Shown here: in pieces, positions 36,853 through 46,047 of the stretch
How the letters are laid out: each line of letters starts with the position of its first letter
Position numbering within the stretch: position 1 is the first letter of the stretch
Origin: a virus
Taxonomy: Duplodnaviria > Caudoviricetes
Length of the DNA: 64,000 bases
IMG/VR virus record: IMGVR_UViG_3300019129_000002
Span: 891 to 64,890 of that record
Reading direction: 5' to 3' (one strand)
Made by a program: the position numbers and the translations under genes
The notes under the pieces: model-generated
What the model saw: only the letters and a program-made list of their open reading frames with translations
Database searches by the model: none
Told to the model about the DNA's origin: nothing

Positions 36853-38778
36853 ATGGAGATTACACAAGTAAACTTAGGGAAGCAACTGTCAGATGATTAT
36901 CTCAAGTATTCCATGTCAGTTATTATTGGACGTGCAATTCCCGATCTTAGAGACGGATTGAAACCTGTCCAGAGAAGAGTCCTCACGGCTATGAAGTGGA
37001 TGAACTTACACCCTGATGCCAAGTATATGAAGTCTGCGAGGGTGGAAGGTGAGACAATGGGTAAACTCCACCCACACTCTTCTGCCTATGGTGTGTTGGT
37101 TAACATGGCTGCTTGGTGGAAAAACAGTGAACCCTTAGTAGATGGTCACGGAAACTTTGGTAGTCCTACGGATAACGCTGGAGCATCAAGGTACACAGAA
37201 GCAAGGTTAACTAACTATGCTTGGAAATATTTGTTAGAAGACTTCTCATTCTGTCAGACTAAACCTAGTTATGATGGTAGTTTCCAGGAGCCGGTAGTTC
37301 TAGAGGCACAAATCCCTAACGTCCTTGTTAACGGATCTTCTGGTGTGGCTGTTGGCTTCAGTACTAACATCCCTACCCATAACTTTCATAACGTTGTTCT
37401 AGCGACCCATAAAGTCCTAGAGGGTAAAGAGGAAGAAGCTCGAAAGTTATTAGTCCCACACTTCCCTACCCAATGTTATATCCACAAAACTCAAGGACTG
37501 GAGGACTATCTCAATACAGGTAAAGGTTCTATTACTATGCAGGCTCGTTTTTACTACGACATCGAAAAACGTGGTGGGAGGAAGAAAGACCGACCTATTA
37601 TTAGTTTTTACAATCTACCTTTTGGAACTGACCCTGAATCAATATGTCAGCAGATTGCTAAGGGGGTAGAGCAAGGTAATATCACTAATCTGGCAGACGT
37701 AAGGGATGAGACAGATAGGGAAGGTATCAGGGTGACTGTAGTTGCCAAACCTAACACGGATTTGGAGGAGTTGAAGAATCAACTCTTTGCCTACACCAAT
37801 CTGATGAAGAACTTTCCTGCTCAGAACACGGTTATCCACAACATGAAGCCCGTAGTTCTACCACCCGTTCAGATTATCAAGGAGTGGTTGCAGTGGAAAG
37901 ATGACAGATTGGTTAAGAAGTTTACTGTCGAACTCCAGCAAATTCAAGATAGGATCCATATTGTTACTGGTTATCTGATTGCTCTTGAGAAGTTGGATCA
38001 AGTAGTAACCATCGTTAAGAAATCTAAAACCCGTGCTAGTGCTAAGAATGAACTGGTCTATGAAATGAAGTTCTCGCAGACACAAGCGGAAGCTATCCTC
38101 AACCTTCGACTCTCCAGCCTAGTTTCTCTGGAAGGGGACAAACTTTCTATAGAGTTCCAGTCCTTGTTAAAAGAGGAGAAGAGCCGGAAGTTGCTTATTG
38201 AGTCCCAGAGTAAGCGAGAAAGTTTTTTGAAAAAAGAAGTGCAAAGGATTATCGAGAAAAACCCTTCCTCCAGCGATTCACCATTGATAGAGGTTAAGGT
38301 TGTAACCCCTAAGACCTCCAAAAAAGCTCCTCAAAAAGGTGTTAAGGCCGTTAAGTATATTCACAAGGAGGTTTCCTCTAGAGGGGTAATAAGCACTGTT
38401 AAGACCCCGTCCAGGAAAGGAATAAGCTTACGGAAAGATGATAAGTTAATAGCCATCAACTCTGAAGGATTGCTCCGGAAACTACCTTCTAACTTCAAAG
38501 GACCTGTATTCCAGTCAGGGAAAATTCTCATGGTGGGTAAAGCTTCTGACATAGAGCATTGTCATTATATGGTGGTCTTTTCCCTAGAGGATGGAAGAAC
38601 CCGTGCTAATGTGATTAAAGGGTCTGACCTTTTGAAATCTTCTTCGGTGGCTAAACAAGGTCTTCCTCCGTTTAAGAAGCTTATTTACTTTGGGGAAGGT
38701 AACTACAAGAACCTAACTCAGAAGGAAGTAGGCATTAGAGGCCCAAGGAGTCAGGGGAAGCTTGTGAAGCTTCGATAA
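36853..38778 (+). CDS. gyrA: Type IIA topoisomerase subunit A (GyrA/ParC-like)
   Basis: RAIPDLRDGLKPVQRR, HPH, GNFGS, SRYTEARL (catalytic Tyr) and AEAILNLRL. Confidence 0.93.
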   Translation: MEITQVNLGKQLSDDYLKYSMSVIIGRAIPDLRDGLKPVQRRVLTAMKWMNLHPDAKYMKSARVEGETMGKLHPHSSAYGVLVNMAAWWKNSEPLVDGHGNFGSPTDNAGASRYTEARLTNYAWKYLLEDFSFCQTKPSYDGSFQEPVVLEAQIPNVLVNGSSGVAVGFSTNIPTHNFHNVVLATHKVLEGKEEEARKLLVPHFPTQCYIHKTQGLEDYLNTGKGSITMQARFYYDIEKRGGRKKDRPIISFYNLPFGTDPESICQQIAKGVEQGNITNLADVRDETDREGIRVTVVAKPNTDLEELKNQLFAYTNLMKNFPAQNTVIHNMKPVVLPPVQIIKEWLQWKDDRLVKKFTVELQQIQDRIHIVTGYLIALEKLDQVVTIVKKSKTRASAKNELVYEMKFSQTQAEAILNLRLSSLVSLEGDKLSIEFQSLLKEEKSRKLLIESQSKRESFLKKEVQRIIEKNPSSSDSPLIEVKVVTPKTSKKAPQKGVKAVKYIHKEVSSRGVISTVKTPSRKGISLRKDDKLIAINSEGLLRKLPSNFKGPVFQSGKILMVGKASDIEHCHYMVVFSLEDGRTRANVIKGSDLLKSSSVAKQGLPPFKKLIYFGEGNYKNLTQKEVGIRGPRSQGKLVKLR

Positions 38779-38918
38779 GAGGGGGGAAGAATTTAAAGTT
38801 AAAAAAAGGTTGTCAATCTCAAGAATAAGTGCTATACTTGTTACATAAGCAAACAAACAGGGGGCCAACTTCGGCTCCCAGGGTAAAAACAAAAACTTCA
38901 CTAAATAGAGTAAAGATT

Positions 38919-39041
38919 ATGTCTAGAGATCGAACCATGTGGTTAATAATCGCCGTCATGTTTATTGTGGCTGTCTCCATTCCATCTCCTGATCGAACTC
39001 CCCTTGGAGATAACGTAATAAAAACTCAGCAGGTAAGATAA
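38919..39041 (+). CDS. Small single-TM protein
   Basis: MSRDRTMWLIIAVMFIVAVSIP; downstream of the promoter at 38810-38838. Confidence 0.45.
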   Translation: MSRDRTMWLIIAVMFIVAVSIPSPDRTPLGDNVIKTQQVR

Positions 39042-39473
39042 ACCAGCCATGTTACTTAAACTCCTACAGGGCATTGAAGACATCATGAAGGGTAAAATCA
39101 AAATGAGTTGATAATGAACAGGTTTTATGTTTGTAAAGTGCAAGACAACGGCTGGAATAGATGTTTTCTTCAATAAGCAGTTCATCTCGAAGATAATCGG
39201 TGGTAGAGGCAAGACGATCACGGTCTACACTGCGGATGGTAGTTCTGGGGTGAAGGTTCCAGTCGAAGAGCTTGCTAAGCTTTTGTAGAAGGTGGTCATA
39301 AGGGTTCAACCTCGTTATAATAAGTATGAGTAAGTCAAACTTTAGGAGATTAAAAATCTCTTGGTTATTCGACTGGACAAATGGCAGAAACAGGGCTAGC
39401 CCTCGAAGACCTCAACCCGTTAAAGAAAATAAGGGTGTCCGGTTAGCTCCAAAAGAATTTAAGGAATAGCATT

Positions 39474-40100
39474 ATGGAAGAACTCCCTATCAGAATCATT
39501 TACCCTATCAATAGAATATTATCCAATCCAAGAGTCCTCCTTTTAGTATGCAACAGAATGGGGGGATTAGAAATAGTCCACCCTGATCAACTAAGAGAGT
39601 TCTTTTACTCCCTAATGGAAATGGATATGCACACACGAGAGATGTATTACTTTGAGGAGTATGACGAAGTTATTTTTGACTTTTATGAAGAAAGTGATAC
39701 TATCAAGATTATGTTTACCACGGGGAGCTTCATGGAAGCCAAGGTTGTGTTAGAAGACCCCGAATCTAGTGAGAAGACCTGGGTGAAGAGTGAAGAAGAC
39801 TTAGTAACCTCTATGGAAATTTCGGGAACCCTTATGTCCCAGATCAGAGAGGTTCTTCCAGAAGAAATGAAGCATGACTTTATTCTTACCAGTTTACCTA
39901 GTCCTAAAAATAACTATCTGATGGATGATAAAGGTAACTACTTTGAAGGGGACTTCAACCTCATTTCTGACCCCTCTAAAGAATATCATTTCACTGCAAG
40001 CCTAGACATATCTACTAACCAATGGGAGACCAACTATGAGCCAAAAGAAGGCACAGAAAGAAAAGAATTTGGGGAAGGAGATCAACAAGTTAGTAGCTAA
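39474..40100 (+). CDS. Hypothetical acidic protein
   Basis: 208-aa ORF with AAGGA RBS. Confidence 0.7.
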   Translation: MEELPIRIIYPINRILSNPRVLLLVCNRMGGLEIVHPDQLREFFYSLMEMDMHTREMYYFEEYDEVIFDFYEESDTIKIMFTTGSFMEAKVVLEDPESSEKTWVKSEEDLVTSMEISGTLMSQIREVLPEEMKHDFILTSLPSPKNNYLMDDKGNYFEGDFNLISDPSKEYHFTASLDISTNQWETNYEPKEGTERKEFGEGDQQVSS

Positions 40101-40692
40101 CGGAGAAAATTTCATCGAACAGTTGTATTCTCTACAAAAAGAGTTTCAGTCTTTTAAAAATGCTGACAATCCTGACTTTTTGGATGATACTAAATTTGGT
40201 GAAGTTTCCACCATCTCAATCTTCGAGGCTTTGATTTACACATCATGTCACTTGGAAGAAGACTTTGAGTTGGTGGTTCGTTCTATCCTTTACCCTTGCG
40301 TTTATGAAAGAGTTTTTTCTCAAGACGAGCAATACTTTCTCCATAAGATGCCAGAGAATCCCCCAAAAACTTTGCAAAGACTCTTAGGAGAGGTTAGAAA
40401 GGATATTACTTCTAACCTTTTATCACCTGATAACTTTGATAAGGCACAACGCTTGATGGAATCCGCTATCAAAGAGGAGTTCCTGGTTGAAGTGTATGGG
40501 GCCGAAGACCCTAGATGGAGGGAGGATCAATGTTACGACTTCAAGACAATGAAAGTTTATTATCAGGAAGACCCTACGATTCTTCCTCTCATTTTTGACG
40601 GGTTGGATTCCTACCAACAAAGAAAACTAAAAGTTTCTTTGCAAAATGGTGTCATTTCTTATGTGTCCAGTTATAATAGAAGTGTAAAATAA
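40036..40692 (+). CDS. Hypothetical protein
   Basis: 218-aa co-oriented ORF. Confidence 0.7.
   Translation: MSQKKAQKEKNLGKEINKLVANGENFIEQLYSLQKEFQSFKNADNPDFLDDTKFGEVSTISIFEALIYTSCHLEEDFELVVRSILYPCVYERVFSQDEQYFLHKMPENPPKTLQRLLGEVRKDITSNLLSPDNFDKAQRLMESAIKEEFLVEVYGAEDPRWREDQCYDFKTMKVYYQEDPTILPLIFDGLDSYQQRKLKVSLQNGVISYVSSYNRSVK
40649..40677 (+). promoter_or_regulatory. Promoter GTGTCA-N17-TATAAT for Pol fragment 1
   Basis: Recurrent family; embedded in the 3' end of the upstream ORF. Confidence 0.7.
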
Positions 40693-40702
40693 GGTCAACA
40701 GT

Positions 40703-42478
40703 ATGGAAACTAATCCTCTAGGTTATCCTGTCCTAAACAAAAAGAACGCAAAAAAGATTTTCGGTAACTTGAAACCGAAGAACTTTGATCCCTGGGGTAT
40801 AGAAAATGCTAAGAGAAACCTTAAAAAATTTGGTATTCCTGTCCCAGTTTATTCAGAAGAAGTTTGGGAGGGTGACTTACCCGTCCCACCACTAAAGGGA
40901 GAGGATATTTTCTCTCATTTTGATAATGTAGCTAATGAACAAGTAGGGAGGTTTATAAAATATGGTGACGAACTGAAAAGTAACCGTGTACAAGTTGACT
41001 TTAATCTCTTATATCATAATAACATTTCTCCTTCTTTCAAGACTTTCGTAGATACCTTACTGGACCATGTTAAGGGTGGAGTGTGGTTGAGAGCGGAACC
41101 CGTAGTAATAGAGGACGGTGAGGTATTTCTCTTCTTGGACCATGTTGATACTCCCACGGAACCTGGGTTTATCTTTGACACAGAAACATTCGTAAAGTAC
41201 AAGAACTACCCAATCATCGGGACAGCTTGCTCCCACAAAGCTATCTATCTATGGATTGCTTCTGAACTGTTGGATCCGAGTCTTCCGAAGGAACAATGGG
41301 ATCAGTTCAACTTTATCAATGTAGGGACTGACAACTTTATTGTTGCCCATAACGCAGCGTTCGATAGAACTAGAACTCAGGCGGCTTACCAGTTAAACAA
41401 GCTTGGCCCTGATAACTTCTGGTTTGATACTCAGTCTGCTCACATTGCTGTCAGCGGGTTAGCTTCTGGTCAACGTTGGCTCTACGCTCTAAATGGGAAA
41501 GACCCTAGCTTACTGTCGGCTGCTGAGAAACGTAAGCTCCGTTACAAACCTGAATGGTTAGGAGAAGGTTCTACCAACTCCTTAGTCGAAGTTTATAACT
41601 TTCATGTTGCACAACCAAAGTTTCTACTTAACCCTGACACTAAGTTCCTGGGTGATGAAGACAAGGAAACTCGGGATATATTTGTTCTGTCAGAAACCTT
41701 GCAGGAGATTAAGGATCAACTTTACGTAGCCGTTGAGTACGCTATAAAGGACTCCCTCTACACCCATGAACTCTTCCAGGTGTTATGGGGGAAATATAAA
41801 GAAACGACTCCTTCTAAGATCGCTTTTGTAGGTCATTACCACCTTGGAGCATCTAAGGTTCCCTTAGTCCCTGATTGGGAAGAGTGGAAGGAAGAAGCCG
41901 AAAAGGTGTGGGAGTCTCGTAACCAGCAAATGGAAGACAACGTCAAAGCTATTGCTAAGAAAGAGTTCGAGAAGTGGCAAAAGTCTGTCCTTGACGAGAA
42001 AGCAGGAGTAGTTAAGTATATTCACAGTAACTACCCTAAGTTCATGCCTCTACTCTTCGGTTTCAAGACGATGGAGGAACAAATAGAATTTGTTGAGGAG
42101 TATGCCCACATTGATAAGTTTATTCGCAACTTCTGTAATAAGAAGGGTGAATGGACTTTCAAATGGGTAAAGGGTAGCAACAAGTTTAAACGCCCCGACC
42201 TTGACAAGCATATTCTAAAGTGGTTAGAACTGCTAGGGTTTGACTGGCATCCTAAGACTACTAAGATGATAGATGACGACTCTTGGATGCGTCAGCTTGA
42301 CTGGAAGTTTACGACTACAGGTACCTATGCCTATAAACCTAACTGGTATCGTAAGTTCCAAGAGAAAACTGTTTCAACTAAGAACAGAACTGCACACTTA
42401 TTATTGAGGCTTAAGTGGGATGGAAAGCCTATTTTATTTACCAAAGACAAAGGATGGTGTTTTGATGACGGAAACTAA
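40703..42478 (+). CDS. DNA polymerase gamma-like (family A), fragment 1: 3'-5' exonuclease plus linker
   Basis: ExoI FDTETFV, ExoII HNAAFDR, FDTQSAHIAVSGL, ExoIII YAIKD, and POLG-like LLRLKWDG...GW at the C-terminus. Confidence 0.88.
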   Translation: METNPLGYPVLNKKNAKKIFGNLKPKNFDPWGIENAKRNLKKFGIPVPVYSEEVWEGDLPVPPLKGEDIFSHFDNVANEQVGRFIKYGDELKSNRVQVDFNLLYHNNISPSFKTFVDTLLDHVKGGVWLRAEPVVIEDGEVFLFLDHVDTPTEPGFIFDTETFVKYKNYPIIGTACSHKAIYLWIASELLDPSLPKEQWDQFNFINVGTDNFIVAHNAAFDRTRTQAAYQLNKLGPDNFWFDTQSAHIAVSGLASGQRWLYALNGKDPSLLSAAEKRKLRYKPEWLGEGSTNSLVEVYNFHVAQPKFLLNPDTKFLGDEDKETRDIFVLSETLQEIKDQLYVAVEYAIKDSLYTHELFQVLWGKYKETTPSKIAFVGHYHLGASKVPLVPDWEEWKEEAEKVWESRNQQMEDNVKAIAKKEFEKWQKSVLDEKAGVVKYIHSNYPKFMPLLFGFKTMEEQIEFVEEYAHIDKFIRNFCNKKGEWTFKWVKGSNKFKRPDLDKHILKWLELLGFDWHPKTTKMIDDDSWMRQLDWKFTTTGTYAYKPNWYRKFQEKTVSTKNRTAHLLLRLKWDGKPILFTKDKGWCFDDGN

Positions 42479-43043
42479 AAAGGAATGTATCCTCCAGATA
42501 TGTGAGGATTTCGGTTCCAAGTACCCATTCAAAGTCCCTAGAACTGCAAACGAAGAGTCTTTTGATCGAAGTAGAATACACAATCTTAATCGTGATCCTA
42601 ATCAGTATAGTTTTTATCACTGGACCGGGAACGACACAATAAAACTCCCTTACTACTCACTATCTCAACTCTATGTCATCGCCTATAATGAAGCCTTTCA
42701 AAAAGAAAATAGTTTGCATGATGTCAGGTTGGGAGACGTGGTTCTTAGGGTTATTAAGTACGGGAAGAAAGAACCTTTTGGTCAACACTTGGATATCGAC
42801 TATGTTAGCTATACCGTCGCTTCAGTTAAGGATAATGAAGTAAAACTAAAAGGTAACATCCATTATGGACTTCAAGCTGAGAAGGTAGGGTTAGTGAAAG
42901 AGGCAACTCCTCACTATTTTAATCCTGATGGTGCGGACTTCTCTTTCGTCATGTTCTTTAACCTGCACTTTTCTACTAAACTTACAGACTATCAAAACGT
43001 GGGAGAATATTTAAATGCTTGCATCTACAAACACAGAGACTAA
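42465..43043 (+). CDS. Hypothetical protein inserted between Pol fragments (MTETKKE...)
   Basis: ATG overlaps the last codons of Pol fragment 1. Confidence 0.6.
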   Translation: MTETKKECILQICEDFGSKYPFKVPRTANEESFDRSRIHNLNRDPNQYSFYHWTGNDTIKLPYYSLSQLYVIAYNEAFQKENSLHDVRLGDVVLRVIKYGKKEPFGQHLDIDYVSYTVASVKDNEVKLKGNIHYGLQAEKVGLVKEATPHYFNPDGADFSFVMFFNLHFSTKLTDYQNVGEYLNACIYKHRD

Positions 43044-43359
43044 ACGTCTCGAGTTCATTAAACCTTATTTCTCCTTTAGGGGCGGATTTAATACAACTTG
43101 TCGTCTAGGGAAGAAGTGGTTCGACGCACTTAAGGGGGAGAAAGAAGTTCTTCTCACAGGTTATGAAGACCATCATGTTATCCGTGCTGAAGTGGTAACT
43201 ATTTCCTACAAACCTTTCTATCGACTCAGTACTATGGACGTAGCTAGTCACCAATATACTCGGGATTTAAGGAGTTTGGAACGGTTAATGAGGGAATGCT
43301 ATAGTTTGAAGTTCGACCCTGAAACTGCTTTCGTAACACTTGTAGGATTTGATATATGA
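43015..43359 (+). CDS. ASCH/PUA-like domain protein
   Basis: NTTCRLG...AEVVTI...F..L...L..LM..CY...VTLVGF pattern. Confidence 0.5.
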   Translation: MLASTNTETKRLEFIKPYFSFRGGFNTTCRLGKKWFDALKGEKEVLLTGYEDHHVIRAEVVTISYKPFYRLSTMDVASHQYTRDLRSLERLMRECYSLKFDPETAFVTLVGFDI

Positions 43360-43501
43360 ACCAATTTGGAATATTGTTGTTTTCCGGAGTTAGCGTCTTT
43401 TTAATGTGTGTAGTTTTGTTAACTTTTTTCAATAGTTTTACACAAGGGGGTGATTAGATGTTATAATGGTATCATAAGCTTTACGGAGGTAAAGAGCCAT
43501 T

Positions 43502-43738
43502 ATGTCCGACACACATCGTAATGTTCGCTTCGCTAACCTTAACGCTCGTCGGGTTAGCCGTCATTCTCAGTTGAAAAATGTAACCAACGCTATTGAGCAG
43601 ATTACCGAAGAATTCGGAACCGAGATGCTCTATAGTCGGTTACTCAACATAGGTCGTATCCCTAACAACTATGATGACTACCGTGTTAGCGGAGCAAGTG
43701 AAATTTTTGTAGAAGATTGGGAGGAATATTTATCCTAG
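43502..43738 (+). CDS. Hypothetical protein
   Basis: GGAGGT RBS; TATAAT at 43462. Confidence 0.6.
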   Translation: MSDTHRNVRFANLNARRVSRHSQLKNVTNAIEQITEEFGTEMLYSRLLNIGRIPNNYDDYRVSGASEIFVEDWEEYLS

Positions 43739-43876
43739 TTAGTAGTTTCAAAAGCACTTCTTTATCCATACTGGGTATCTTTATCCTATGGGCTTTTGTT
43801 TGGGGAGTTGTGTCCTTGTCACAATCCCTAGATATCTCTTCGGAGAGGGTGGTCAGTATGGAATAGAACCGTTATA

Positions 43877-44158
43877 ATGTTGGTGTCAAAGTCTTTAGTT
43901 GTCATGACACTTTACAAGAGTAAGGAAACGAAGGCTAAGCTCCTTAACTCCACCCGTGTCTATCTTCTGAAGGTTTACTACCTTGCTCAATCTGAAGACG
44001 CTCCTGAAAAGGAGGCAAAAATAGGTCGGGTCTTGTCAAACTACCCTATAACCAGTTATAATGACTTTGGTTACACCGAAATGTTTGAACTAAACCAACA
44101 CACAATGGAGTTTATAGAAAACTATGGTATTGCGTCAAATTCCTCACCCATCGGGTAA
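43877..44158 (+). CDS. Hypothetical protein (start probably ATG at 43904)
   Basis: Promoter at 43850-43878; overlaps the start of Pol fragment 2. Confidence 0.55.
   Translation: MLVSKSLVVMTLYKSKETKAKLLNSTRVYLLKVYYLAQSEDAPEKEAKIGRVLSNYPITSYNDFGYTEMFELNQHTMEFIENYGIASNSSPIG
44033..44062 (+). promoter_or_regulatory. Promoter TTGTCA-N18-TATAAT for Pol fragment 2
   Basis: Recurrent family; lies inside the upstream ORF. Confidence 0.7.
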
Positions 44159-44735
44159 GAAGGGGCAGAATGTTGGGGTTTTACTCTCAAAGGACTTCGT
44201 AAAGGCCCTGGAAAGTGGTCTGTTGAGTTCTGACTACCCTGAAGCTGAGGAAGCTCTTCAAATAGCAAGGGAGACAAGCTACTGGACATCTGTTAGGAAG
44301 AGGGTGTTTGACCGTATCTTCCGTGAGGTTAAAAACCCTTATGGTGAGAATGCTAACATCACTCTCCCTGACATTCTTCCACATGGAACCGTAACACGCC
44401 GAACCGTAGAAAACCTTATGGTTACGATGTGTAGCACCAAAAACTATAAAATAGGGTCTGAGCTAAAAACCCGTATCCAAGCTCCAGATGGTTGGAAGGT
44501 AGTGGGTGCGGACTTTGACTCTCAAGAGTTGAGTATCGCTGGTATCTATGCCGATAGTTGGGAGGGAGGGATAAATGGTTGCACAGCACTAGGTTTCCAA
44601 GTTCTATCTGGTTCCAAGGCAAAGGGTTCTGATGGACACACAGTCTTTGCACGTAACATGATGGAAGAGGAGTACAAAGATCTTTACTTTGATCCAGAAC
44701 TCGGCATCTTAGAAAAGGTTACTATTGATGAGTAA
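44124..44735 (+). CDS. DNA polymerase gamma-like, fragment 2: thumb/palm with motif A
   Basis: IPHPSG..NVG.LLSKDF, SYW, GTVTRRTVE, GSELKTRIQAPDG and VGADFDSQEL. Confidence 0.9.
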   Translation: MVLRQIPHPSGKKGQNVGVLLSKDFVKALESGLLSSDYPEAEEALQIARETSYWTSVRKRVFDRIFREVKNPYGENANITLPDILPHGTVTRRTVENLMVTMCSTKNYKIGSELKTRIQAPDGWKVVGADFDSQELSIAGIYADSWEGGINGCTALGFQVLSGSKAKGSDGHTVFARNMMEEEYKDLYFDPELGILEKVTIDE

Positions 44736-44967
44736 AAGACTTGACCAAAACAACCTTTATCAAATATGCTATCATTATCTTAGAAAATGAATGATAATGA
44801 CCAGGAATATATCTTACTGTCAAATAATACAGGTGAAGACACTATTTCTGCTACTCTTCATATCAAAGGGGCTTGTGATTTAGGTGAAAACGGGGGGGGA
44901 ACCTAAAAAGGATTTTAGACAGATGCGGACTATTGTGAGGATTCTAAAAAAGCAAAGGAGTTCTCAA

Positions 44968-45150
44968 TTGAGAAAGTTAGCCAGAATCGAGAAGATTGAT
45001 GACATCCTTCCCATTGAAAAAGCAAATCGGATTAAGGTTACCACTATTGGGGGGTGGGATGTCGTTGTAAAGGAACGGGAACACCGTGTCAGGGAAAGTA
45101 AAGTTTCCTTCAAGGTTACCTCCAATCTCCACCTCTTAAATGAGGGCTAA
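44968..45150 (+). pseudogene. Internally deleted RNA ligase (DRB0094/Rnl5-like) remnant
   Basis: AAGGAG + TTG start. RKLARIEKIDDILPIEKANRIKVTTIGGWDVVVK (N-terminus) is joined directly to VSFKVTSNLHLL (motif V). Confidence 0.7.
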
Positions 45151-45152
45151 AC

Positions 45153-45182
45153 TTGTCAGATCCCTTACACAAGGGTTATAAT
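45153..45182 (+). promoter_or_regulatory. Promoter TTGTCA-N18-TATAAT for Pol fragment 3
   Basis: Recurrent family; followed by AGGAG RBS. Confidence 0.75.
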
Positions 45183-45205
45183 GTTTATGTAAACCAGGAG
45201 ACAAA

Positions 45206-46021
45206 ATGGATTACCCTACAAAGACCTTAAAAGACGGGACAGAAGTTTATCAAATCAACGGTGAGTGGTATAAAAAGATTGACAAGGAAAGGAAAGCTCT
45301 CCTAAAAGAATATAGAGAGTGTGCCAAAGTCTCTAATTATAGCATTCTTTACGGGGGAGGGGCTTATGCTTCCTCTATACCTTGGAAACAATCTTTCCCT
45401 ATGATGGATCAGGAAGTTCTTTTTAGCAAGCTTAAAAAAGCCATGGTTAAAAAGAAGGGAGTAAGAGATAAGGAAACTGGACATCTCAGAGGAGGTACAG
45501 ATTCCGAAGCTTTTTGTAAGATGGAACAGATTGCTCTGAAAAGTAGGGTTCCCACGTTGCCCGCACTGGGGACTCAAATCACCACGGCTCTAAGACCCAA
45601 GGCAGTAAACAGTGACTTCGTAACGGGTAGGTTGAATTGGGGAATCCAATGTTCCGGATCTGAGTTCTTAGCTATCTTCCTAACTGCCATCCATTGGTTA
45701 GCAGAGGAAAAAGAAATCCCTTGTCAGTTCATCATCTCCATCCACGATGAAATCTGGTTTATGGTTCCCGAAGAGTATGCTTCGGCATTCGTGGTCTTAT
45801 TTCAGATTGCTCACGTTTTTACATGGGCTTACTTCCAAGCTGCTTGTGGGATCTACGAGTTACCTTTGGCAAGAGCTTTCTTCTCAGGTGTGTCATTAGA
45901 TGACAGAGTGAGGAAGTCTCCTTACGAATGTACCAAAACTCTAAGCAACCAGAAAGACGAGTCTGATGGGGAAGAAATCACCATGTGGGACTTAGAAAAA
46001 CGCGGTTGGTTACATGACTAA
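45206..46021 (+). CDS. DNA polymerase gamma-like, fragment 3: fingers/palm with motifs B and C
   Basis: RECAKVSNYSILYGGG, GGTDSEAF, RLNWGIQCSG, ISIHDEIWF and FFSGVSLDDRVRK. Confidence 0.9.
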   Translation: MDYPTKTLKDGTEVYQINGEWYKKIDKERKALLKEYRECAKVSNYSILYGGGAYASSIPWKQSFPMMDQEVLFSKLKKAMVKKKGVRDKETGHLRGGTDSEAFCKMEQIALKSRVPTLPALGTQITTALRPKAVNSDFVTGRLNWGIQCSGSEFLAIFLTAIHWLAEEKEIPCQFIISIHDEIWFMVPEEYASAFVVLFQIAHVFTWAYFQAACGIYELPLARAFFSGVSLDDRVRKSPYECTKTLSNQKDESDGEEITMWDLEKRGWLHD

Positions 46022-46047
46022 AAAAACAAACAGATAAAAAGATTACT

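Noticed and set aside
42472-44124. AAACTA microhomology at both sides of the first Pol interruption, suggesting an excisable element
   Set aside because: Recombination at this hexamer gives GGA AAC TAT GGT, which is out of frame with fragment 2, and no recombinase is encoded nearby.
44884-44967. GTG-started 5' extension of the 44884-45150 ORF
   Set aside because: Ligase similarity and an AAGGAG RBS point to TTG at 44968 as the real start.
2193-45182. Recurrent TGTTATAAT motif as a CRISPR or iteron array
   Set aside because: Copies are dispersed, bipartite with 16-18 nt variable spacers, and sit upstream of genes, which is promoter architecture. No CRISPR array or cas gene was seen.
42440-45260. 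Split inteins or group I introns joining the Pol fragments
   Set aside because: No Cys/Ser-initiated intein N-block or His-Asn terminus at any fragment end, no recognisable intron core by eye, and each fragment has its own promoter. Splicing is not formally excluded without RT-PCR.
40703-46021. Stop-codon reassignment explaining the fragmented genes
   Set aside because: All long genes read through under code 11, TAA, TAG and TGA all end genes, and the Pol pieces are hundreds of bases apart with fragment 2 in a different frame.
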